A DNA stretch of 20,687 nucleotides from positions 1 through 20,687 of the forward strand of contig CBFDTI010000018.1 in the NCBI GenBank assembly GCA_965612795.1, in the 5' to 3' direction. The notes under the pieces were generated by a model. The model was not told where the DNA came from, made no database searches, and saw only the letters and a list, made by a program, of their open reading frames with translations. Source of the DNA: an uncultured bacterium. GTDB taxonomy: Bacteria > Hydrothermota > UBA3073 > NMUJ01. A program made the position numbers and the translations under genes. Positions 1 through 7,385 of the stretch are shown here, piece by piece (position 1 is the first letter of the stretch; the number at the start of each line of letters is the position of its first letter).

Positions 1-1683
1 TCTCACACTACAGTGGAGAAGTTTATAGCAGTATCGGATAGTGTATCAGGGCCATGGCAATTTGTAGCAGGACCGGTGCCTTCTAAACCAATAGATACAG
101 TGTGGACCTGGGACACGTTATGGGTGAATCCTGAGGATATACCAGATGTGGGTACAAATCCATTCGTGGCGGGTTGGATAAAGGTATTGGGTGATAGTTC
201 GCCCAACCCAAGGATAACTCCGAATGTAGAGCCACCATGGCATTCGTTTATATATATGCATGAACCTCCCATTGGATGGCCGCCGGGTTGGTACCCCTCA
301 CCACATCAGTTCTGGATCCGTGCACTCGTGAGGGTTTATGAGGATATGTCACCAACTATACATTCGGTGGATAAGCTACCGTGGAGCTACACTACGGAAC
401 CACGTACAGTGACCGCTGATGTAAAGGATGTCATAGGTATACCAGAAGATAAGTGGGGGGTTGCATCAGCAACACTTGTTTACAACGTTAACGGTGGTGA
501 TTGGCAGACAGTTCCTATGGTTTGTGTAGACACCATAGAAACAGTAGGCGATAACATTAAACATGGTGTATGGGCTGCTGATATACCAGGTGTGGGGGTT
601 GGTGACTCCGTAAGCTACTATGTGGTTGCAGAGGATTTGAGTGGATTGAGTGATACATGGCGGACGATTTTCTGGTACAAGATAATTGAGGGTACACCCG
701 GAAATATCTTCTTCTACAATGATGATGATTATTATGGGCCACCGTTTACGCCCGATTTTGTGGGCATGGTATATGAGAATGTAGATTATTGGGATTACAA
801 TGTACGGGGTGCACCGGATTCGTCGGTGATCGCTTTCTACACCCCCGGTAAAGGGCCAGGTGCACCTGTGATACTATGGAACAGCTGGGGTGGTGAAACA
901 TTTGCCGAAGCAGTAGATGCAGGTGTGATACAGAGGTTCCTCGATGCAGGTGGTAACCTGTTCATGAGTGGCCAGGACTTCCTCTATGGATTAGCAGGTA
1001 CATATGATACAGTAACCTGGGAAGCAGGTACGTTTCCAAATGAGTATCTAAAATTTTATAAAACAGTAGATGATGCAGTTACTGGCACCACCTGCGTGAC
1101 AATTCATGGTGTACCTGGTGACACCATAAGCGGGCCGTTTGTTGATGATGACGTTTTGTACGTATGGCCGTATGTGTGGATGAATGCTTGTTTTACGTGG
1201 ATCGGTGAGATCATCGAAACAGATGCTATACCGATATTCTTCTTTGACGGTGATAGAATCTGTGGCACCCGCTACGATACTACCTACAAATACGTGTTCC
1301 TGTACTGGCCGTTTGCTTATATCGTGGAGGTAGAACCTGACACATGGACGTTCGATACATGGGCAGTTAAGACACTACTACGTCGTGTATTGCAATGGTT
1401 TGGCTTACCAGTAGGTGTTGAGCCACCCATTGTTGGGCAGAACCTCGATGTACCATCGATATTCACGAGCAGTATTAACATAAATTATGACGTCACGCAT
1501 AAGCTGCCAATGGATATCGAATTATACGATATCGTAGGTAGGAAGTTAGCTCACCTTCATACCGAGGTTGAGGGTAAAGGCACCTACCACTGGGATGTAT
1601 CACAGCTACCGATGGGTGTATATTTCATAAGAATAAACTTGGAGAACTACCACAATACTTATAAATTGATTAAAATACGCTAA
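1..1683 (+). CDS. 5'-truncated secreted protein with T9SS (Por secretion)-like C-terminal sorting domain
   Basis: Frame 1 is open from base 1 (tct cac act aca gtg...), so the true start lies upstream of the window. The C-terminus (IELYDIVGRKL...WDVSQLPMGVYFIRI...KLIKIR) matches the T9SS type-A CTD pattern. It also has an Ig-like segment (ATLVYNVNGGDWQTVPM...WAADIPG...VSYYVVAED) and an alpha/beta segment (FLDAGGNLFMSGQD). Function not identified. Confidence 0.8.
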   Translation, partial: SHTTVEKFIAVSDSVSGPWQFVAGPVPSKPIDTVWTWDTLWVNPEDIPDVGTNPFVAGWIKVLGDSSPNPRITPNVEPPWHSFIYMHEPPIGWPPGWYPSPHQFWIRALVRVYEDMSPTIHSVDKLPWSYTTEPRTVTADVKDVIGIPEDKWGVASATLVYNVNGGDWQTVPMVCVDTIETVGDNIKHGVWAADIPGVGVGDSVSYYVVAEDLSGLSDTWRTIFWYKIIEGTPGNIFFYNDDDYYGPPFTPDFVGMVYENVDYWDYNVRGAPDSSVIAFYTPGKGPGAPVILWNSWGGETFAEAVDAGVIQRFLDAGGNLFMSGQDFLYGLAGTYDTVTWEAGTFPNEYLKFYKTVDDAVTGTTCVTIHGVPGDTISGPFVDDDVLYVWPYVWMNACFTWIGEIIETDAIPIFFFDGDRICGTRYDTTYKYVFLYWPFAYIVEVEPDTWTFDTWAVKTLLRRVLQWFGLPVGVEPPIVGQNLDVPSIFTSSININYDVTHKLPMDIELYDIVGRKLAHLHTEVEGKGTYHWDVSQLPMGVYFIRINLENYHNTYKLIKIR

Positions 1684-1691
1684 CCTGAAGT

Positions 1692-1717
1692 AACTGTCCC
1701 GCCACGGCGGGACAGTT
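1692..1717. terminator. Perfect inverted repeat between convergent genes, probable bidirectional terminator
   Basis: AACTGTCCCGCC-AC-GGCGGGACAGTT (12-bp arms, or an 11-bp stem with a CACG loop) lies 8 nt after the + strand stop at 1683 and 10 nt after the - strand stop at 1728. There is no long U-tract on either strand. Confidence 0.7.
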
Positions 1718-1727
1718 CATAAAGCTG

Positions 1728-2147
1728 TCACTCCTTCGGTATACGAATCTCAATACACGGGAGGATGAGATCCGGATCCTTTATGATATCCTTATTGTAT
1801 TCGTAAATCACTTTCCACTTCCTCTCGTCACCATAAAACTGAAGTGCTATCTTCTTCAAAGTGTCGCCTTTCTTAATCCTGTAGACAATATAGGGTTTCT
1901 CAACCTGCTCTTTTAGGGAAGCAAGCTCAGCTTCGAGTTCCTTCACCTTAGCTTCCTTTTCGGCTTTCTCCTTTTGGAGTGCATCAACCTTAGCTTCAAG
2001 TTCGGCTACTTTAGCTTCGGCTGACTTAACTGCTGCTTCAGCCTCTTGGATTGCAGCCATCGTCTCAGGTTTCGCCCAACGTACACAGCCAGCCACTACA
2101 AAGGTTGTCAAAACTACTGCAATTATCGACCAAGTTATGGCTCTCAT
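1728..2147 (-). CDS. Lipoprotein with coiled coil and C-terminal LysM domain
   Basis: Signal peptide ends in lipobox VAG-C, followed by a heptad-rich A/E/K segment and a LysM motif (YRIKKGDTLKKIA..FYG....WKVIYEYN...IKDPDLILP). SD AGGAGGT overlaps the upstream gene's TAG. Confidence 0.9.
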   Translation of the reverse strand: MRAITWSIIAVVLTTFVVAGCVRWAKPETMAAIQEAEAAVKSAEAKVAELEAKVDALQKEKAEKEAKVKELEAELASLKEQVEKPYIVYRIKKGDTLKKIALQFYGDERKWKVIYEYNKDIIKDPDLILPCIEIRIPKE

Positions 2148-2155
2148 ATTACCTC

Positions 2156-2575
2156 CTACTCCTCGATGGGTATTTTAAGCTCCCATCCCGGCAGTATAAA
2201 ATCGGGATCCTTGATTATGTCGCGGTTGGCATCAAATATCTTCTTCCAACACATGTCACCGCCGTAGAATTTCTCAGAAATTGAGCGTAACATATCACCC
2301 GGCTTAACGATGTAGGTTTCATAACGTAGCTTCGGTAAAGCAGCCCTTAGCTTATCGAGCTCGGCTGTCAACTTACCTATTTTGCTATCAAGTGCACTAA
2401 TCTCGGATTCAAGAGATACCACCTGATCTTCAAGCTCCTTTATCTTAGCATTAAGGGTGGTTTCTTTCTGCTTCAGTTCCGCGAGCTTCGCCTGCGCCTC
2501 CTCTTCCTTTAGCCTTTCTTGGCCATAGAGTGGAATGATGAGCAGTATCATACATAAAAGTAACCATCGTTTCAT
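2156..2575 (-). CDS. Secreted coiled-coil protein with C-terminal LysM domain (paralogue of 1728-2147)
   Basis: Classical signal peptide MKRWLLLCMILLIIPLYG, a long coiled coil, and a LysM motif (YIVKPGDMLRSISEKFYG...WKKIFDANRDIIKDPDFILPGWELKIP). SD AGGAGG precedes the ATG. Confidence 0.9.
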   Translation of the reverse strand: MKRWLLLCMILLIIPLYGQERLKEEEAQAKLAELKQKETTLNAKIKELEDQVVSLESEISALDSKIGKLTAELDKLRAALPKLRYETYIVKPGDMLRSISEKFYGGDMCWKKIFDANRDIIKDPDFILPGWELKIPIEE

Positions 2576-2596
2576 GTTAACCTCCTATTTTATATT

Positions 2597-2623
2597 AAGT
2601 TAGGATTTATGAGGTTTTGTCAA
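2597..2623 (-). promoter_or_regulatory. Putative promoter of the LysM pair, TTGACA-N15-TAACTT
   Basis: Minus strand reads TTGACA aaacctcataaatcc TAACTT aatata aaatAGGAGGttaac ATG. Confidence 0.6.
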
Positions 2624-2644
2624 TCACATTCGAATCGACCACGG

Positions 2645-2671
2645 TTGACACAAATTTTATAAAGATATTTT
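2645..2671 (+). promoter_or_regulatory. Putative rplL-rpoB promoter, TTGACA-N15-TATTTT
   Basis: Reads TTGACA caaattttataaaga TATTTT tatata gggaaTAAGGAGGTagtag ATG, with a strong SD at 2683-2691. Confidence 0.65.
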
Positions 2672-2696
2672 TATATAGGGAATAAGGAGGTAGTAG

Positions 2697-3089
2697 ATGG
2701 CGAAGGTGGACGAACTGGTAGCTGCTATAAAGGAACTGAAAGTGAAAGAACTTGCCGACCTAATTAAGGCATTAGAAGAGGAATTTGGTGTAAAAGCTGC
2801 CCCTGTAGCAGTAGGTGTACCAGCAGCCGCTGGTACAGGAGCACCAGCTGCTGCACCTGCAGCCGAGGAGCAGACCGAATTCGATATCATACTGAAAGAG
2901 CTCAAACCCGACGCCAACCGCGTAGCCGTTATAAAGGAGGTACGTGCTATATTGGGATTGGGGTTGAAGGAAGCCAAGGACTTCGTGGATAGCATACCGA
3001 AACCTGTTAAGGAAAAAGTTACAAAGGAAGAGGCCGAATCCCTAAAACAGCGGTTAGAAGCAGTTGGTGCAGTTTGTGAAATTAAATAG
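2697..3089 (+). CDS. rplL: 50S ribosomal protein L7/L12
   Basis: N-terminal [15 protein letters not shown], Ala/Pro hinge, and C-terminal domain [10 protein letters not shown]...[21 protein letters not shown]...LEAVGA. Confidence 0.98.
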   Translation: MAKVDELVAAIKELKVKELADLIKALEEEFGVKAAPVAVGVPAAAGTGAPAAAPAAEEQTEFDIILKELKPDANRVAVIKEVRAILGLGLKEAKDFVDSIPKPVKEKVTKEEAESLKQRLEAVGAVCEIK

Positions 3090-3116
3090 CAGTTATAGTT
3101 CCCGTATGATACAGGG

Positions 3117-6100
3117 ATGAAAGAAAAAGTTTTAAACTTTGTTAAAACTACATACGCACCACCGTTGGGAGATCTCACTGCATTGCAGTGGGAATCGTTC
3201 AATGACTTCTATCAGTTTGATGTACCACCTGATAAACGCGAGAAGAAAGGGTTGCAAGCACTTTTCGAGGAGTTCTTCCCGGTTGAAGATATACACAAAC
3301 GCTACAAATTGGAATTCGTGTGGTATGACTTTGGCACCCCCCGGTATACCCCTGAAGAGGCACGTGCTAAAAGTGTCACATATGGTATACCACTGAAAGC
3401 ATATTTTCGGTTGATAGTACGTGGTGAGGAAGGTCTACCACCCGACGTTATCGAACAGATAGTATACATAGGTGAAGTACCTATGCTCACACCTCAGGGG
3501 AGCTTCATAATCAATGGAGTTGAACGCGTGGTTATCAGCCAGCTACGTCGTATGCCAGGCGTGTACTTCGGCGAGGAGATACATCCCACCGGTAAACGCT
3601 TAATATCGGCTGAGATCATACCATACAGAGGCCCTTGGATAGAGATAGTAAGTGATGTCAACGATATGCTCTATATAAAGCTGGACCGTCAACATAAGAT
3701 ATTCATTACAACACTGCTGAGGGCATTGGGCTACGAAGATAACAGCACGATATTGAAGCTATTCTTAGACGTTAAAGAAGTCGATATAGACAAAGCTGAA
3801 GGTGAAGCACTCGCTGATGACATAAAGAAAGATGCACATACATACTTAGCACGTGCTGGCGATATATTGGACGAGGATCTAATCCGCAGCCTGAAAGAGT
3901 TTGGTGTCACCAAAGTACGTATACTTGTGGGTGAGAATATCTACTATCTTCTGAATACCATTCATCGCGATAGGGAGGGTACCCAGAAACAGGCCGTGGA
4001 AAAGATATACTTCATACTACGTGGTGTACCGGCACCGGATGCCGAAACAGCACGTCGCTTCCTTATGGATGCATACTTCTCGGAGAAGTATTTCTATCTG
4101 GGGCCACTTGGACGAAAGCGGTTAAATGAACGGCTTGGGCTCAATCTCACAACCCACACACTTACGCCACAGGATATCATCGGAACGGTACGTTATCTAT
4201 TACGTACACCACACGAATATCGTAAAATAGATGATGCCGACCATCTGGGTAACCGTCAAGTACGTCGTATAGGGGATCTGCTCGTCGAACAGTACAGGTT
4301 GGGTTTTGCTCGCCTCGTATGGGGTGTACAGGAGAAGATGGCCATGCACGACGTAGCACACCTCACCCCACAGGGGTTGCTAAACGTGCGTACGCTTATT
4401 AAAACAATTATGGCATTCTACACCACGTTCCCGCTCTGTCAGTTTATGGATGGTACCAACCCGCTCTCCATTGTAACACATAAACGTAGATTGTCGAAAC
4501 TTGGTCCGGGTGGGTTAACTCGCGAAACTGCCGGCATAGAAGCGCGTGATGTACATTATTCACATTACGGACGTATATGTCCGATTGAGACACCAGAAGG
4601 TCAAAACGTGGGTGTAATTAATACCTTAGCTCTATATGCACGTATAACCGAGAATGGTGTCATCACCACACCCTATTGGAGGGTAGAAAAAGGTGTAGTC
4701 ACAAACGAGTTAGTATATCTATCAGCTACTGAAGAAGAGGAGAAACTCATTGCCCAAGCATTGACACCGATTGACGAACACCGTAAACTGATCGGCCCAA
4801 GAATACTTGCCAGACGCGGTTCCGAATACTTATGGGCACACCCTGAAGATATCGAATACATGGAGGTGTCACCCAAACAGATGGTAGGGTTATCGGCCTC
4901 CCTTATTCCATTCCTTGAGCATGACGATGCTACACGTGCATTGATGGGATCAAACATGCAACGTCAGGCTGTACCATTGCTTTACCCCGAGGATCCCATC
5001 ATCGCCACCGGTATGGAGGAGAAAGTCGTACGTGATTCTGGTGTTGCAGTTATCGCCCAATCTGACGGTGTAGTCGTACGTGTAGACAGCAATGTCATAG
5101 TGATCAAACCAAACGGCAAAAAGGAGCTCGAATATTACTGGTTGAATAAGTTTGATCGATCCAATCAAAACACCTGCTACAACCAACGTCCAATCGTCAA
5201 GCCTGGTGACAAAGTTAAGAAGGGTGACATAATCGCAGACGGTGGTGCCACAAAGAATGGTAAGTTAGCGTTAGGTAAAGACGTACTTGTAGCTTTTATG
5301 TCGTGGCGTGGTTACAACTTTGAGGACGCTATCGTAATAAGTGAGCGATTGTTGAAGGATGATGTGTTCACATCGTTCCATATTGAAGAGCTTGAGCTTG
5401 AGGTACGTGAGACACGGCTTGGCCCCGAAGAAGTAACCCGCGACGTACCGAATGTACCTGAAGAGCCTCTACGTCACTTGGACGAAGCTGGCCTTGTACG
5501 TGTAGGTGCGTACGTGAAGCCCGGTGATATACTTGTGGGTAAAATCACACCACGAGGTGAAGCTGAACTCTCACCCGAGGAACGGCTACTGCGTGCAGTA
5601 TTCGGTCAGAAAGCGGCTGATGTTAAGGATGCTTCACTTTATGTGCCAGCCGGGCTCGAAGGTGTGGTTATTGACGTGCAGATACTCTCAAGGAGACCCA
5701 AACCCGGTGAAACTGACCTCGTGTGGGAGAAACGAGTTGAGCGCCTCAAATCCGAGATAAAACGCAAATACAGGCAGATGCGCGAAGATGCACGCAAATA
5801 TCTGGATCTCTCCGAAGATGAATACAAAGCTTACGTAAAAGAGTTACGTGCACGCGAAAAGGAAGAGCTACGTAAAGTCATGGAGGGTGACGAATTACCG
5901 TATGGTATATTGAAGATAATAAAGGTATGGATAGGCCAACGTAGGAACCTCACGATAGGGGATAAACTTTCGGGTAGACACGGTAACAAAGGTACAATAG
6001 GTATAATATTGCCAGAGCATGACATGCCATTCTTGGAAGATGGTACACCGGTTGATGTGGTGTTGGATCCACTGGGTGTACCCTCACGTATGAACATAGG

Positions 6101-6668
6101 GCAGATACTCGAAACACACCTTGGATGGGCGGCTAAGAAGCTTAACATAAAGATAGTTACCCCTGTGTTCGAGGGCCCCAAGATTGAGGAGATAAGGAAG
6201 CTAATGAGGAAGGCCGGTTTACCAGAGAATGGTAAGGTCACATTACGTGACGGCTACACAGGTGAACCTTTCAAACAACCCGTGACGGTAGGTTACATGT
6301 ACATAATGAAGCTCGTACATATGGCAGAGGATAAAATACATGCAAGAAATATAGGGCCGTACTCGCTTATCACACAACAGCCGTTGGGTGGTAAGTCACG
6401 TGCTGGCGGACAGCGTTTTGGTGAAATGGAGGTATGGGCACTCGAAGCGTATGGTGCAGCATATGCATTACAGGAGATGTTAACAGTGAAGTCAGACGAT
6501 ATGATCGGTAGACGTAAAGTGTATGAAGCTATCATCAAAGGTGAAGAGTTACCAGAACCTGGCTTACCAGCATCGTTTAACGTACTTTTGCGCGAACTTA
6601 ACGGGCTATGTCTCGCTACATATCTCATAAGACGTAAAGAATCCGATAAGCGCAAAGAAATAGGTTAA
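3117..6668 (+). CDS. rpoB: DNA-directed RNA polymerase subunit beta
   Basis: Motifs FIINGVERV, QFMD..NPLS..THKRRLS.LGPGGL, CPIETPEG, GYNFEDA, GDKLSGRHGNKG, GVPSRMNIGQ and GGQRFGEMEVWALEAYGAA; full length (1183 aa). Confidence 0.99.
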   Translation: MKEKVLNFVKTTYAPPLGDLTALQWESFNDFYQFDVPPDKREKKGLQALFEEFFPVEDIHKRYKLEFVWYDFGTPRYTPEEARAKSVTYGIPLKAYFRLIVRGEEGLPPDVIEQIVYIGEVPMLTPQGSFIINGVERVVISQLRRMPGVYFGEEIHPTGKRLISAEIIPYRGPWIEIVSDVNDMLYIKLDRQHKIFITTLLRALGYEDNSTILKLFLDVKEVDIDKAEGEALADDIKKDAHTYLARAGDILDEDLIRSLKEFGVTKVRILVGENIYYLLNTIHRDREGTQKQAVEKIYFILRGVPAPDAETARRFLMDAYFSEKYFYLGPLGRKRLNERLGLNLTTHTLTPQDIIGTVRYLLRTPHEYRKIDDADHLGNRQVRRIGDLLVEQYRLGFARLVWGVQEKMAMHDVAHLTPQGLLNVRTLIKTIMAFYTTFPLCQFMDGTNPLSIVTHKRRLSKLGPGGLTRETAGIEARDVHYSHYGRICPIETPEGQNVGVINTLALYARITENGVITTPYWRVEKGVVTNELVYLSATEEEEKLIAQALTPIDEHRKLIGPRILARRGSEYLWAHPEDIEYMEVSPKQMVGLSASLIPFLEHDDATRALMGSNMQRQAVPLLYPEDPIIATGMEEKVVRDSGVAVIAQSDGVVVRVDSNVIVIKPNGKKELEYYWLNKFDRSNQNTCYNQRPIVKPGDKVKKGDIIADGGATKNGKLALGKDVLVAFMSWRGYNFEDAIVISERLLKDDVFTSFHIEELELEVRETRLGPEEVTRDVPNVPEEPLRHLDEAGLVRVGAYVKPGDILVGKITPRGEAELSPEERLLRAVFGQKAADVKDASLYVPAGLEGVVIDVQILSRRPKPGETDLVWEKRVERLKSEIKRKYRQMREDARKYLDLSEDEYKAYVKELRAREKEELRKVMEGDELPYGILKIIKVWIGQRRNLTIGDKLSGRHGNKGTIGIILPEHDMPFLEDGTPVDVVLDPLGVPSRMNIGQILETHLGWAAKKLNIKIVTPVFEGPKIEEIRKLMRKAGLPENGKVTLRDGYTGEPFKQPVTVGYMYIMKLVHMAEDKIHARNIGPYSLITQQPLGGKSRAGGQRFGEMEVWALEAYGAAYALQEMLTVKSDDMIGRRKVYEAIIKGEELPEPGLPASFNVLLRELNGLCLATYLIRRKESDKRKEIG

Positions 6669-6695
6669 ACCACCCCGACCATAGTGCATTTCTAT

Positions 6696-7385
6696 ATGCT
6701 GGCGTTCGTTTTGCTTCTGTTTGATCCACCTATTTGGTACTGTATGGAATGTTTAGATAACTTCGTATTTAATCCATCGATTTATGTACATAGTATACGT
6801 TTGGGTACAGGGCTATTGTATGGGTTGACCGAACTCCCTTATTATATGGTAGCGGTTAGACTGCCCTACAAATCAGTGGATATCGGGCTATCAGGGATGC
6901 AATTCGGTAGTAGCTTCTACCATGAAAACGAACTTCTCTTCAACTTACGGTGTGGTCAGCTTCACACATATGGAATAAATCTACGAGTACTGCATGTGGG
7001 AGGTAAAGGGAGCACCCCCATTTACAATTGGGCACTCGACTGTGGTGTAGGAGTTTATCACACTAAAATGCCAATTTTTGTGGTTATACGTAATTTTAAT
7101 CCCAACCTATTGCGAACACAATTGCTCAGCGGTATAGTATACAACTATCGTGGGTTGCGGTTGATAGTCCTTTTAGAATACGTCGAAACAAAAACACAAC
7201 ATGTTCATGGTTTACTGCAACTATCGCCACATTCTCTGTGCAGAATTACGTTGGTTTGTTCGACTATCAAATTCTGGGGTTGTAAACTCTCTTTTAATCA
7301 GCCTCCGCTCATTATCGAATTTTGTCCAATATCACATCCCACATTGGGATGGTCTATTTATTCAGTGCTCTCGGTACAGTTATAA
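6696..7385 (+). CDS. Hypothetical protein, probable small outer-membrane beta-barrel (PorV/PorQ-like appearance)
   Basis: The ORF track starts at GTG 6684; ATG 6696 gives a hydrophobic N-terminus (MLAFVLLLF). Alternating hydrophobic strands and the motifs FNPS, LYGLTEL, FGSSFYHENE, YGINLRVL and LDCGV resemble small FCB-group barrels. The family call is from pattern recall only. Confidence 0.55.
   Translation: MLAFVLLLFDPPIWYCMECLDNFVFNPSIYVHSIRLGTGLLYGLTELPYYMVAVRLPYKSVDIGLSGMQFGSSFYHENELLFNLRCGQLHTYGINLRVLHVGGKGSTPIYNWALDCGVGVYHTKMPIFVVIRNFNPNLLRTQLLSGIVYNYRGLRLIVLLEYVETKTQHVHGLLQLSPHSLCRITLVCSTIKFWGCKLSFNQPPLIIEFCPISHPTLGWSIYSVLSVQL

Noticed and set aside
2657..3202. 181-aa minus-strand ORF and the other short overlapping ORFs in the track (e.g. 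5831-6241, 11132-11638, 14419-14823, 15689-16066, 19948-20208)
   Set aside because: They are antisense or off-frame shadows of well-supported genes, with no recognisable motifs or initiation signals.
4420..4530. Calling rpoB a rifampicin-resistant allele
   Set aside because: The main resistance positions (E. coli Q513, D516, H526, S531, L533 equivalents) are wild type. The neighbouring changes are reported only as divergence.
6666..6696. The ORF after rpoB is in the same frame as rpoB, separated only by one TAA (possible read-through fusion)
   Set aside because: RpoB is already complete, TAA is a poor read-through codon, the downstream protein has its own hydrophobic leader, and same-frame occurrence has a 1-in-3 chance.
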